DNA of 62,555 bases, filler included, from Bipalium vagum (taxonomy: Eukaryota), in NCBI GenBank assembly GCA_037834085.1. It is 3 parts of 3 records of this genome, joined end to end, with 100 filler letters (N's around TTAATTAATTAA, not from the genome) between each part and the next. Parts side by side here need not be neighbours in the genome. Positions count along the whole stretch, not along the records: positions 1 to 27,868 come from JBBMKC010076256.1; 2 more parts are not named here. One strand, given 5' to 3'. Shown here in pieces: positions 11,786 to 24,531 of this stretch (position 1 is the stretch's first letter; the number at the start of each line of letters is the position of its first letter). Under the pieces are notes generated by a model. It worked only from the letters and a program-made list of their open reading frames with translations, was not told where the DNA came from and ran no database searches. The translations under genes and the position numbers were made by a program.

Positions 11786-13388
11786 TAAAATCCTTTTGGA
11801 TATCTGTCATTGCTGGAAAAAATGAAATTTACTGGAATGATCTTTGATTCTTGGACTTATCCAAACGAATGCTCCTCTTGAATATCTTTGACTTGTCTCA
11901 AAGAATTATAATAAAAAAGCTTCCTGTATCGCTTTATTCTGGGAAAATTTCTGGGAATGGCCATCTCTTTGTATAGTCGTAGAGATTGGTCTACAATCAC
12001 CAATCCCTACGCTGTGAGACGGCTATTTCCCCTAAAAACCATTAACCAAACTCTATCTCCACGCCGAAATAAAAAAAATTAATCAAAATCTACAGTCCCG
12101 ACGACGGGACGCATTTTGCAACAATAATTCTAATTATTCCAATATATCAAAATCTTGTCGGCGAGAACTTGATATATTGCTTTTTAGAATTATTTTAATC
12201 TTCAATTTATTTTTTTTATAAGAATTTTATTTAATATTGTTATTATTATTTCCATTATTAATCTTATTATTATTATTATCATCAATATTACCATTTCACC
12301 TTTAGTGCCTTTGGAAAACCCAACAATACGATGTGAGTTCACAAACTCAAAATAACAATGATATCTGTTACAAAATTGTCAATTAAACACAAACGATAAC
12401 AATAATTATTTTCAAAACGTCAGTAATAAAGAAAACAAATAATCACTACTTAATTAATGTTCAAAGTTAATAAAAAAATTAATCAATAAATCAATAAACT
12501 TAAAGGAATTTAAAATCAAATGACTTTTAAATGAGCCTCTTTCGGTTTTCTCAGAAACAGCCCCTAATAGCGGATCTGAACACAATCCTTTTGTATTATT
12601 GAAACAAATACAAATATGCCTTCCAATATAAAAAAAATTAAAAATGAAAATTCTCTTATATTTTTAAATTAAAAGCGTTATCCGACCAAAACTGAATTTT
12701 TTATCAAAAATATAAAGTATTAAAAAAATATTTCAATAATATTTCAATATATTTAATTCAAAGGAACATTTTCATTGTGAAATATTGATATATTGACACT
12801 TGGTACTATTTCGAACAGAATTTTATTCACTTTTGACTGAGAAAATACGAATTTCTATGTTGGGTTCAGCCTAATCGTTCATGACAGAATGTTTTTCATC
12901 ATCCATATTGGAATATTAAAAGTCGTGATTAAAAATTTTCACCCTATAATAAAAAATGAAAAATATAATTAATTCTTTTTGTGATGTTCTCTATACGAGT
13001 CTGTGTAGCTTTTATTCTCTTTGGTTAGACTGTATTTTAAAGAAAATAAGAAATTTATGATCAGATGACAGTTTCTTTAGACTTAGGAAAGTGGAGCTGA
13101 TGGTGTACCATTTCCGGGTGTCTAAAGATGAATATTCTTTTCATCTCGGAGTTAATAATAATCAGGTTAAAAGTACTACGATTTGGCCACAAACATAATT
13201 TACCACCTTTTTCGGTCTTTGGGGAATTAATTTAAATGGTTTTGGGATGGTAAAAATAAATTTCGTCAAATGTATTCAATTTTGATGAAGTTTTTGAAAA
13301 ACACAAAAGTCTTTAATGAAAGTCATTTGCTAACTTTATATTATCTAGGGTGAAATGTGTTACAACCTCAACATTTACTTCTATTATA

Positions 13389-13458
13389 CAGTTAAACCTT
13401 TTTTTTTAACGGTCAAACTGACGTTACATAGAGGTGTCGATATATAGAGGTTCCACTG
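13389..13458. mobile_element. 70-bp Tigger/pogo-type MITE-like remnant
   Basis: TA|CAGTTAAACCT...AGGTTCCACTG|TA, i.e. imperfect TIRs with TA flanks. Confidence 0.5.
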
Positions 13459-14333
13459 TATTATATAACTATGGTTGAAAACCTTAAGTGGTTAAAGTAA
13501 TTGAGCTCATTTAAGAAAATGTTGATGGAACAATTGAGCTTCTAATATAATGACTACAGAAATGGTTAGAAAATGGTGAAGAATATTACGTGATCAGGTG
13601 AAAATAAATTCATAATAAATTGAATTATCAATCACAAAAACCGAAACAAAACACAACATTTCACCTCAAAGCTTAGCCTAGAGTATCTATGGAGATATTA
13701 TCACCGATAAATCATTTTTTGAGGTACTGAAAAAAACTTTACTTTCTAAAGTAATGTAGATTTTAACCACAGCACAACAGTGGGTCTCTGGTATATTAAT
13801 CGCATTTGGTAAGAGACTATAGTAGGTTGCCAAATTCACATCTAAATTTTTCGTGAATTTGAGCTCAGAAAACAACAACCAATGGCTTAACCTTAAATTA
13901 AACCACTATCGGGCTTTATGGTATGAATCTGGATCACGCATGAAAAATGATTCTTGTCTATCTGGTCGAGTTTATTTGCTCCATATCACTCATGTAAGAT
14001 TTTACTTGTGATGTTATCTAAGCAAAATGGAAAAAATAACTTCTTTACCTTGTATTAGCAAATCATGTATTATCAACAACATTTAAAAATAGGTTCTATA
14101 TAATTTTCAAAATTTTTATCACAAAATTTTTGTACTCTGATTTGAGGACAGTTTAAATCTTTCAAATAAGATTTACTTATAACACTAAGACAAACGAATA
14201 CTAAACATGTTTTTTCCACAGCACAGATAAATTGGTGTATCCATAATGCTTAAAGAAATCATTTATCTTAAATTTAAAATTGAAAAAACCTTGACGAAAG
14301 ATCAGGCCAGAAATCGATTTTTCAACAAATTTA

Positions 14334-14900
14334 TATGAGGTGTGTTAATTAACACTGACCATTTTTATGTCAATTAATTATTTATTATTTTCTTAACTTC
14401 AGAGTTTTTTAATAGGAAATATTTTAATAATATTTTGCTAATAAACGTTTGGGATTGTAGCAATAACATATTTTTTAACTAAATTAAAAATGTAAAAATT
14501 AATTTTTTTAAAAACCGCAAAAACACCATTTCCCTAAAGTGCTCATTTTTCGCTTTCATTTAAAAAGAGAGTAGATGAAGATCATCAAGTGCTCATGGAA
14601 GCTTATGGAGAAATTGCTTCTAGGGATAAATCACGCGGAGAATAACTTAAATATTTCAAAGTGACTGATTTCCAGTATCCATGAAAAATTTTGTTTCTGG
14701 CAGTCGAAAAAATTTCCTGGAGATGAATTATAGATGCGAATCGATTAGTATCCGTATCAATCACAACATAAACTTGAGCAATTGTTAAATGTAATAGAAT
14801 AACAATTTCTGACACTCAATGAGATAGATATATTTATGATCGATAAAAACGTGGAAAATCTGAAAAGATGTATGAAAGATTGCTTGAAAGCCAATGAAAC
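14334..14900 (+). mobile_element. Degenerate Mos1-like mariner 5' portion
   Basis: TIR-like TA|TGAGGTGTGTTAATTAACACTGACC. VLIFRFHLK...HQVLMEAYGEIASRDKSRGE*LKYFK. Confidence 0.7.
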
Positions 14901-15689
14901 TAATAGCAAAATAGCCTTCCAAAAGTAACGATCGGCTATCGTCGGAAAATTTCTATTACTATATAATGTGATAAATTTGTTTAGAAATTCCTGGACGAAA
15001 ACGATATCATTTTTGCGTTTTTCAATTTCCGAGAAGAAATTAGTTCTTTGTGACAATAAATTCTGAGTTGGAAGATTTTCTTTATTTGCGTCGGAAAGTT
15101 CATCTTTATTGATTTTTAAGTATTTTATCATTTTAAGAATATGCTGCAACACGATTTTCAAAGAGTTCCGTTCAGCTTAGTGAACCCCTAGGTGATCGAA
15201 CAGGGTCTAGCTGACGACCCAGGGAAGCGTTGACCAATCCGCGGAGACCGATAATATAGTATTTTTCTTTTTTTAAGTGTCGATTTTAAAACATTTAAAA
15301 CTTATATTATTAATCAAGTTTTTGTGTCTAAACATTGATTATATCGACTTGATTTAGTTTTATTTTTTGTACAATCTGATATTGTTTTGACTTCATGACC
15401 GATTCTTTTTGATTCATTGTAAGCAATTGGATATAATAAATATTGTGGTTATCTTTGATTCACGGTAATAAGATAAAGTTTATTGTGATAATTTTTTATT
15501 CAACAGAAGATAGATTTTCGGGGTAATTTAGATTTAACGAACGCATTATCAAAAGAGTGGGGAGTTGAGGAAGTTCGAACTTGTGGTTGCACATTTAGAT
15601 AATGAAAATAGTAAAATAATAAACAAATATAAAAATTTAATATTTTAAAAGGTTTTTTTTATTTTAAAGTACACGCTTTTTATCAATTG

Positions 15690-16157
15690 AATACTATTCT
15701 AAAACTGTCTCTTGATATTGCAGTTAATGATTTGAGCCCCAAAAATGAAAACGTCTTCTGATACATGGTTTCGCAGCGGTTTGCAATCAGGCACGCAGTA
15801 CAATATGGAAATAGAGCAGCTGTGAAACAATTCAATATTAAAGAATCAATGGTGTGGAAGTAGAAAAAACAAGAAGACGACTTGCGAAAAGTAAAGAAGA
15901 TTTTCCGATGGGGAATAGTAAAATGGCTATAGTTAGAGAACAAAATTGAGCAGTCGATTACTGAACAGAGAACATCAGGTAGAAGTATTCCTATATTTTC
16001 CATTTGATTCAAGGCACAGCGATCAGCAACTTTCAAGGTCATTCTTGATGTTTCCGTTTTATGACCCCGCACAACTGCCAAAAGATTACGAAGAAAAGTT
16101 CCTGACATCATGTTACTGCGTCTTATAATTTGGTTCCTTATCGTCCAAAAAATCCGG
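15690..16157 (+). mobile_element. Internally deleted pogo (POGK/Passer-like) transposon
   Basis: HAVQYGNRAAVKQFNIKESMVWK*KKQEDDLRKVKK...LENKIEQSITEQRTSGRSI. Right end reverse complement TA|CCGGATTTTTTGGACGATAAG...TATAAGACGCAG. Confidence 0.75.
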
Positions 16158-16204
16158 TAATCATAGAATTATAATAAAATTATGATAATTTTATAAAATA
16201 ATAT

Positions 16205-16236
<32 letters not shown>

Positions 16237-17404
16237 TATATGTTAATAAATGGAATAATTATAATATTTTTTTAATAAGATACAAAATGCCATTATAAAA
16301 AGGATTATTCTTCAAATAATATGAATAATAATAATAATAATATATTAATGGTAGATATTTTCATCAAAAATAAAAGAATAATTTTTAATAAAATAATTAA
16401 GCTGCAATTTTATCAAAGGTAATCAGAACAGAATAAATGCACTGGTAATATGATAAAAATACCATTTATAAAACAAGATTAATTTGTTTTAAACATTAAT
16501 ATATTAATGGTGGATTTTCTCCGGAAAAATAAAATAATTATTTTTTTAAAATATTTTCTAAATTAAATCTAAATTTTCCAACCAAGCTTTTCCGTCCTAT
16601 AAACTCCTTTCTTCGAAAGTTAATTTGTCTAATCATAAAATATTCTCAGTTTCATAATATGATGACATTTTCACAAATCATTTAGTGACGATTTGACAGA
16701 TTTCTGATCAAAATCAATTTGGAAATTATAATAAATCTCTGAAACTGGTGAAATTCTTTGAATTATTTTACGAAGGCTTTATAATAACAAGTTTGAGTTT
16801 GCCAGAAAAGAGGATCTCGTTATTTATTAATAAATTTTTATTTAAACTACGACATTATAAAATTGTTTATCTTCTTCGATTTGATTGGATTCGGATATCT
16901 TCACATCTGGGATTGTTTTGCTCTGGTTTTGATTTTGTAATATTTCCCCCCTCCTTTACGAGCTCGTTAGGACTAGGCTCACATGAGGATATCATCAGTG
17001 AGAACAACAGAGTATTCTGCCAATAAAGATCAACCACATGGGTTCATCACAGTGTAACCCATACAAATGCACACCTATGTAGAAAGTACTTGATAATAAT
17101 ATTGATAAGGATTTTATACAGTAATGATATTTATTTAATCATAGATAAGACTGTTAAGGAAGAGAGAAAAGTAGAAGAGAAGAAGTAGGAATAAAGGAAG
17201 TCTTTGTGTGTTCTACGAATAAACTTGATCTGAAAAACTTAAAATTGATCAGAGTCAAATTTTAAGTCAAATTTGTCCATGATTGTGGACTCAAAGAAAG
17301 CTCAAAAATATATTTAAAATTTAAAGAAAATTGTCTCTTTAAAATAAGATTATAAATAGTTAAATTTAAGCTAATAAACGTAGAAGAAATATTTGTCATT
17401 TTAA

Positions 17405-17479
<75 letters not shown>
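17405..17479. repeat. (ATT)n microsatellite
   Basis: About 25 perfect ATT units. Confidence 0.95.
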
Positions 17480-18049
17480 TTAAAATAGAAAATAACCAAA
17501 TATTATCGATTTCTAGAATTGTTGTTGGATGAATATTTTATTAATTATAATGTACATCTCCAGAAATTAAAATCATAAGAATTATTTAATAAATAATGTA
17601 AATTCTTTTTCACGGGACAAATTGAATGAAAGCAGACTCAAAATGTATGAGCTAGTTCACTTAATTAAACAAAATTGGTCAAGCAAGAACCTATTTAATT
17701 TCTAAATGTATTTAAGAAAAAATGATCCTCAATGAAAAAAAATTGATTCTAAAGTATTTAAGAAGCGGTTTCGGTATTTTTTCTTTCGGGATTGAATAAA
17801 AAGAAAAGCTTCATTGAATCAATAAAAAATTCTGAAGAAAATGTTTGCTTCTTTTGAAAAAAAACTTATTTATTTTGATTGTAAAACCCCATAAAATGTT
17901 AATACTACATCTCAAATAGTGAACTCAAAATTCTGACTCCCTTCAGTTACTGTCAATAACGTGTTGGTTTCAAAAGAAAAAAAGGTTGTTTACTTAATTA
18001 ATAAGTAATATAAAAACGAAAAAGATAATTTTTTCAAAATATTATTTTC

Positions 18050-18300
18050 CATCGTTAATCATAACTTTTTTTCATTTCTCAGGAAACTAATGAATTTTTC
18101 GATAAAAGAGATTGGCATCTTTGATGGATGTCGAATCAGCGATCCATTTTTCAGCTTCCTCGAAGGATTGGAAACACTTCTCGGAAAGTGATAGTGCCAT
18201 CGACCGAAAGAGATGGTAGTCAGAAGGGATGCAGTCTTGTAAAAAAGCCACATTGGATATCACTTCATATCGAAGCTACTCTAACGTTTCCTGGACTCAT
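18050..18300 (-). mobile_element. mariner C-terminal remnant
   Basis: IPSDYHLFRSMALSLSEKCFQSFEEAEKWIAD. Confidence 0.75.
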
Positions 18301-18454
18301 TTGTTGACGTGTGGTCAGACTTTGTCAGTTTGATTTAATTGATTCAGAGAGATTAAACATCTGTGAATAATTTTCAGTTAAATTCGATTTGATTTTATTA
18401 CAAAACATATTGTTTTACTGTACCAATTATAACAATTTCAAATAATAAACCAAC

Positions 18455-18821
18455 ATTTGAGGGAAGTACTAATTCTTTGTTTCAATTGGGATAAATGTGC
18501 AGCTGAAGCTTATAGAATGCTTGTTGAAGTACATGGAGACAAAGCTCCAAATGATAATTCATGTCGGTAATGGTTACGGCATTTCAAAATTTTAGTGTCT
18601 AAAACAACCGGAATACGACCAAAGAAAAATGGTTCGTAATTTAGATCGCCTCAAAGACGGAAATTTTTTTCAAGATAGAATTCAAGAATTACCTAAGAAG
18701 TAGGAAAAAATAGTTCCAAGCGATGGACATTAGTTTGATTAATTTGTTTATTCATGTTCTTGTAAAATAAATATACATTTCGGACTTGTAAAAAACGGAC
18801 TAGACTAATTTGTACAGCCAA
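18455..18821 (+). mobile_element. Internally deleted Mos1-like mariner with right TIR
   Basis: LREVLILCFNWDKCAAEAYRMLVEVHGDKAP...WLRHFK is joined to IQELPKK*EKIVPSDGH*FD. Ends GACTAATTTGTACAGCCAA|TA. Confidence 0.8.
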
Positions 18822-19399
18822 TATATTGCAAATATTTTAAAATATTTCAACTAAATTTACTTTTGCTTATCAGTGAAAAAATTTTAATTTTTGGTTGTAT
18901 TATGTTTAAATCGATGGGGCAATGGTGAAAACAATATTTGGAGAAAGATTCCAAGCAACATAATTAAAATAACAACATTTTCCTGCATTTTTCTCAATTG
19001 GCTTTCTGTCACAGGGGGTTTATGCTGAATTTGTCACAAAATTGGGGATAATGGGAAGATTATGCCAATGTGGTCCAAATAATTGGAGCGATAAAGTAAG
19101 ATAAATTTAAATTCATGGCTATTTAATTAAAGTTTTCACAAAATTCTTCATTGGTAATTTATTGATATTTATATTTTATGAGATGTTATTTTCCCAATAT
19201 GCTAAATGTTGTAAACCTGTTTGATATTATTCTTAATATTTCAATATTAACCAACCTGGTTATTATTTGACTACAATGTGTAATAGTTGAGCTCAGTTTA
19301 AATTGATATGGTTTATGCAATCAAATAAACAAATTCAGAAGATTAAAACAAAATAAGATCAATAAAAGCTTTGTGTCATTCACTTTAAATTAATTCCGA

Positions 19400-19881
19400 A
19401 CAATAAGACATTAGGTGCATACTGTATTGTGCACAATTAGATTGAATCTATGAAAAATACACTAGAAATACCTGTCAATGGTCAATAGAAAGCGGGTACT
19501 CCTGCAGCAAGAAAATGCCAGACCACACACCGCGAAGAAAACATTTTGAAAAAATTTAAGAATTAGAATCGGCTCAGTTTTTACCACATCCAGCATATAG
19601 CCTTGACCTTGTATCGGATTATCATCTTTTCCGATCAATGGCACATTTTTATAAAGGGCGTATCTTTTATGATTTTGGCTAGGTTTATAATGGGTGACAA
19701 GAATTTTTCGTGTCCTAAGAAAAGGAATGGTATCATCGGGAGATTGAACAACTTGCAGATAGATGGGTTAAGATCATTCAATTCACTGGTCTTTACTTTG
19801 AGATGTAAGTCAACAATTTATTTACTTTACTTTGTACTTTATTATTGTATAAACAATGAAATTACTTATGACTTGGCCTAA
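19400..19881 (+). mobile_element. mariner 3' half with right TIR
   Basis: VNRKRVLLQQENARPHTA and PHPAYS..LVSDYHLFRSMAHF. Ends GAAATTACTTATGACTTGGCCTAA|TA. Confidence 0.8.
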
Positions 19882-19889
19882 TACAATAT

Positions 19890-20510
19890 TGGCCGTAGAT
19901 GCTGAAGCATTGGCAAATATTTTTATCTCACAAATGAACCACGTGATCCCCCAGTATCAGAGGTCTGGGAAACATCAAAATATAATTCAAAGCGTAATAT
20001 TTATCAAAAGAATCTGTTAGTAAGTGTTTGGTGATCTATCATATATTTTATCCATGATCAACTCATGAAACCGAATTTATCGATTTCACCAACTGGAAAA
20101 AATAATGCAAAACCTTAGAAAAACATCCCAGATTAGTAAGTACGCCAATTTATATATTTTATGACAGAATTAGGTGAAATATTGCACAAATGACTGTGGC
20201 AAAATAGAATGAGAATTGGAACTTTTTAAGCATCCTTTATACTCACCAAACATAGCCACTACCATCTCTTCTACAATTTTGACTACTTGTCATTTTGTAA
20301 ATAACTCAATTCCCACAATGATGTAAAATTAACCTTCCACGAATTCCTGACCCTTGTCGTCAGAGTTTAAATGACTGTTATGAACAAATGTCCGCTGAAA
20401 TATCAAGTGTATATTCAAAGTGCATACTTTGATGAACACCCAAAATCCTTGTATTTTTGATTTTTCAACAAACCTAGTTTTTCATTTTACAAACTTCATA
20501 TTTGACAACT
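19890..20510 (+). mobile_element. Highly decayed mariner
   Basis: KNLLVSVW*S, KHPRLV and HPLYSPNIA..YHL fragments. Confidence 0.6.
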
Positions 20511-21279
20511 GATACATTTTAATCAAGTTATGTAAAAGAGTAAAAATGTTTCTAAAATTAACGGACAACTGTCTTGATTTTCATTGTTTTGAAGGTACAA
20601 TATGGTGAAGCGAATGGTATCTATCATTTACCCATCAGTTAATTATCCTTAAAATATAAATCAACAGTAAATTTAGACCTTGAATGACTTCACAGAGAAC
20701 TTATTTATTCGATAAAGAATCTCAACTTTCATTAAATTTCAGAGAAATCTCTCAAATTCTTTTTCTAGAAAAAAACAATAGTCAGGTTTGAAAGTCTTTA
20801 TTTTTATTTATATTATATTATATTTCAAAATATTTAAGTATTCAATTAGACAACATATATCATCAACATTTTAGTTTTTTTTTAAAACCTACCTCTTTTG
20901 TTTTATTATTGTAGACATCCATTAAACAAATCCATCTAGCAAAAAATTTTAAAAATAAAAAAAATCAATATTGCTCAGTTTGATTAATGAATTACTGGGA
21001 AAGTAGAGAAAAGAGATTTTGAAAATGAAACTAACAACGTTGACTGAAAGACTCATATCCGGGATTTATCGTTTTTTTTTGTTTAAATAAGCAGAATTTT
21101 TGCTTCAAAGGTATTAACTTAAAAGATTAAAATGGAAAAATGTTGAAATTTAATATTTATCAAACACAGAAAATGAGTGAAAGATTTTTTTAAAGAGGCT
21201 TCAATCGATGATTTTTGAAATCAAAAAAATGTATTATACGAAAAAAAATGTTTTAAAATAAAATTTCTCTCACCATTGC

Positions 21280-21965
21280 TTGGATAAGATTAAGTAGTAA
21301 AATAACATTTACTTCACACCACCAATGCAGACTCAAATTGAGATGACCTTTAAGGGTGCTCACGAAATTTGTTTATTAATACAAGTGTTCTTTGTATTGA
21401 TTATCCTGACATTTGCCAGAATACGAAAGTACCACTGTAAAAGATAAATAATTGTTGAATTAAGTAAATAATAGAAACCTTTTACAAAGGGTCTGAAATG
21501 ATTTCAAGAAGGTTTTAGTTTTATCATTCCAATTTAGGCTAATATCGTTAATAATAGATTTCCTAAAATAATTATGCTCTTGTTCCAATTTCTAAATTTA
21601 GTAAACGATTATTTTTTAAAGATTTAATGTGAACTGTAGTTCAGGAAAAATTCATTGTGATTGTTGACGGATTAACTGAAAACCATTTTTCTTAAATCTG
21701 GTTAAGAGTGATAGTGCAGTTTCAGAACGCCTATTCTTATTCTCAAGAGAAAGATGATGCGGCACCCACCTACAAGGTTTTCTGAATCTTTCCTAGCTCT
21801 AGGTTTCCAATTCTAAAACGGCCAAATCATTTTTGAAGTTTTATAGCTGACTACATTTTTACCCAGAGCGGAAATAATCATATATGCAGCCTCATAAGCC
21901 GTTTTCTTCAATAGGAAGGCAAACAATAAATAATGCCTTATATGTAGTTTTTTGAGATGCCATTT
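21280..21965 (-). mobile_element. Decayed mariner
   Basis: KPCRWVPHHLSLENKNRRSETALSLL (WVPH linker). Confidence 0.65.
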
Positions 21966-22385
21966 GATTTATCTCTCTTTATAAGGAATATTAAAACAAC
22001 AAAGTTTTTATGATTAAATTAAGTTAAGTTAACCTTTAAGTTAATATTTACTTATTTAGTAAAAAAGGCTATCTGATAGTGACTTTGGAGTTGTTTACTA
22101 AATAGATACCTTTTCAATTTGTAGACTTAATAATACTGAAGAGGAGTTTTCATCACTGCTAATCACATAGCTAAAGATTCAGAAAAATATTGTTTGCTTA
22201 CATTGAATACAATATTTTTTAAAACATTTTTAATTGGATGGGCAACTAAATAATTGTATATTTTTATAAAGTACTTTTCGGAGTTTCTAAAATTAATAAA
22301 TATTTTTATGTTCAATTAAATTAATGATAAAAAATAGTATACCGTTACTTAAATCAATCATTTTCAAAGCAATTCTTCGCAAATA

Positions 22386-23680
22386 CAGGGTGGCTCAAAA
22401 GTAACTTAATGATTTTAAATAATAGTAAAAAGTAAATATTCTAGACAATTATTTATTTGGAATATTATACATAAACAATAATTAACGGAGATTTTTTTAA
22501 ACTTGATTTTGAAAATTATGACCTTCAAATGACCACCACTTTCTGCCTCACAAAATTTGGATTTTTTATAGAGTTTTCCATGACACCTGCTAAAACTTCC
22601 GGGTTTATTGCTTTAATTTCGTCACGAATATTGTTCTTTAATTTTTGAATGGACTTTGGTTTATTAATATAAACTTTATCCTTAGGATATCCCTAAAGAA
22701 AATAATCTGGTGCTGATAAATCTGATGAACAAGAAGGCTAGTTGAATGTCGAATTTCTGGAAATTATCCGATTACAGAAAATCTCACGTTAGAGTTCTGT
22801 GGTAAGTTTCGCCGTGTGTGCGGTAGCCCCATTTTGTTATAACCACGTCAGTTCATTGTCAGCAACAGCAGGAAGCAAATATGTTTTTATCATATCTCGA
22901 TATCGCTCAGTATCTATGGTTACAGCATTCCCATTAACATCGTCAAATAAATATGGCCATATGATCTTTTCATATGAAACACCACATCAAACTGTGCATT
23001 GCATTGAATGAATTTCTCTCTGGTGAACAGCCTTTGAATTTTCTGATCCCCATATTCTATAATTTTGCTTGTTGTCGAATCCATTCAGATGAAAGTGGGA
23101 TTCGTCACTCATTATCAAATTCTGCAGGAGGTTTTCATTTGCAAGTGCTTTCTTGAAATTTCCGGACAAAGGTTAATCATTGTGTTGGTCTGCCTGCTTC
23201 AAGTATTGCACCATTTGAATTTTGTATGGAAACAGTTTTAGTTCCCTTACCAGAATTCGTTGTAAGAATTTTCCAGAAATGCCTAATTGCAAAGAACGTC
23301 GTCGAGTTGATGTTTCTGGGTCCTCCGCAATACTCTTTCGTACTAGTTCAATAACATTTTTATTTCTGGTTTGGCACGGTCTTCCCAATCTTTGCAAATC
23401 GTTTACGGAGCCCTGGCGTTTAATTAATTACATAATCATAAACGCTGTTGGTGGCTTCTTAACATTGAAATGTTTGCAATATTTACGTTGAGATCGGATT
23501 ATTGAATTATTGTTTTGAAAATAAAATTCCACGATTTTCGTTCGTTCAGATATTGTATATCTTTGTGACATTAATTTCCTGGAATCCATTTTTATATCTA
23601 CAATTATTTCAAAACAAATAAATATTGATTTCATTTTTAATGAATTTTTAAATTTATTAATTAACTTTTGCGCCAAGCTG
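22386..23680 (-). mobile_element. Near full-length rosa/DD41D transposon (about 1.3 kb), pseudogenised transposase
   Basis: TIRs CAGGGTGGCTCAAAAGT and CAGCTTGGCGCAAAAGT with TA on both sides. MSQRYT..., SDESHFHLNG, and Q(N)GATAH...SSDLSAPD with 41 residues between the 2nd and 3rd catalytic positions. Several stops. Confidence 0.9.
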
Positions 23681-23689
23681 TATATGAAA

Positions 23690-24531
23690 AAATGGATAAC
23701 AAAAATATTCATTTTCGTATTAAATGAATAAATTCAATACAAGCGTACAAAAAGATATGTGATTTATGGCAATGCCAAATCTTGTCGAGGAGAATTTTCT
23801 ATAAAAGATGAATTCACCAAATCATGGAAATCTGGAATCTATTCAGATCACCATGTCACAGTAAATCAGATAAAAACACTCCCTTTATGTATCAAATACA
23901 TGCATCGAAAAACGATTAAACAAAATAGTATATATATAAGTAATCTTGATGCATGGATCATGAATTAAAGAAAATGATCTAACTCAGGACAGCGAAATAT
24001 GTGATTTGCTTCTGAATCACAAGACTGATCCTTTCCTAAAAAGATTGACTATAGGAGATGAAGAATTGAGTTCTTATAATAATCCAAAAAAGATCGTGAT
24101 GCAAGAAAAGTCAATCAGCAAAAATTATTTTCAAAGCAAGAATCCAGCAAAAGAAGGTTGTGCTGTCAGTGTGGTGGGATTTCAAAGAAAATATTTACCT
24201 TGAATTGTTGCAACGCAATGAAATGGTTAATTTGGTTGCCTAAATTCGATAATTAATTAATTTGAATAATAAAATAAAAACACCGATCATAATTGTTCAA
24301 TTGAAAAGGTATCGTCTTCATTCATGATGATGCCCAATTTCATATATCTTTGTCCATTGAACATTAATCAGTTTTTTAAACTCAAGATTCCAGTTTTTTT
24401 TCAAAAACTAATCATGAAGTTTTCTGGGAGATGGGAATAATGGACAATATTTTACTTAATAACAGTTTTTTTTTTCATATTTGTCTTTTGTTTTATTTAC
24501 AATACTGCGCAATTACTTGGTTACCGACCCA
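23690..24531 (+). mobile_element. Decayed mariner with right TIR
   Basis: DPFLKRLTIGDE, KKVVLSVWWDFK. Ends GCGCAATTACTTGGTTACCGACCCAA|TA. Confidence 0.75.

Noticed and set aside
12140-12179. miR-190 homologue, given a shared TTGATATATT string
   Set aside because: The seed region does not match. Kept only as an unnamed hairpin.
15205-15250. Hammerhead ribozyme suggested by CTGACGA
   Set aside because: No stem II followed by GAAA and no compatible stem III/UH site could be built.
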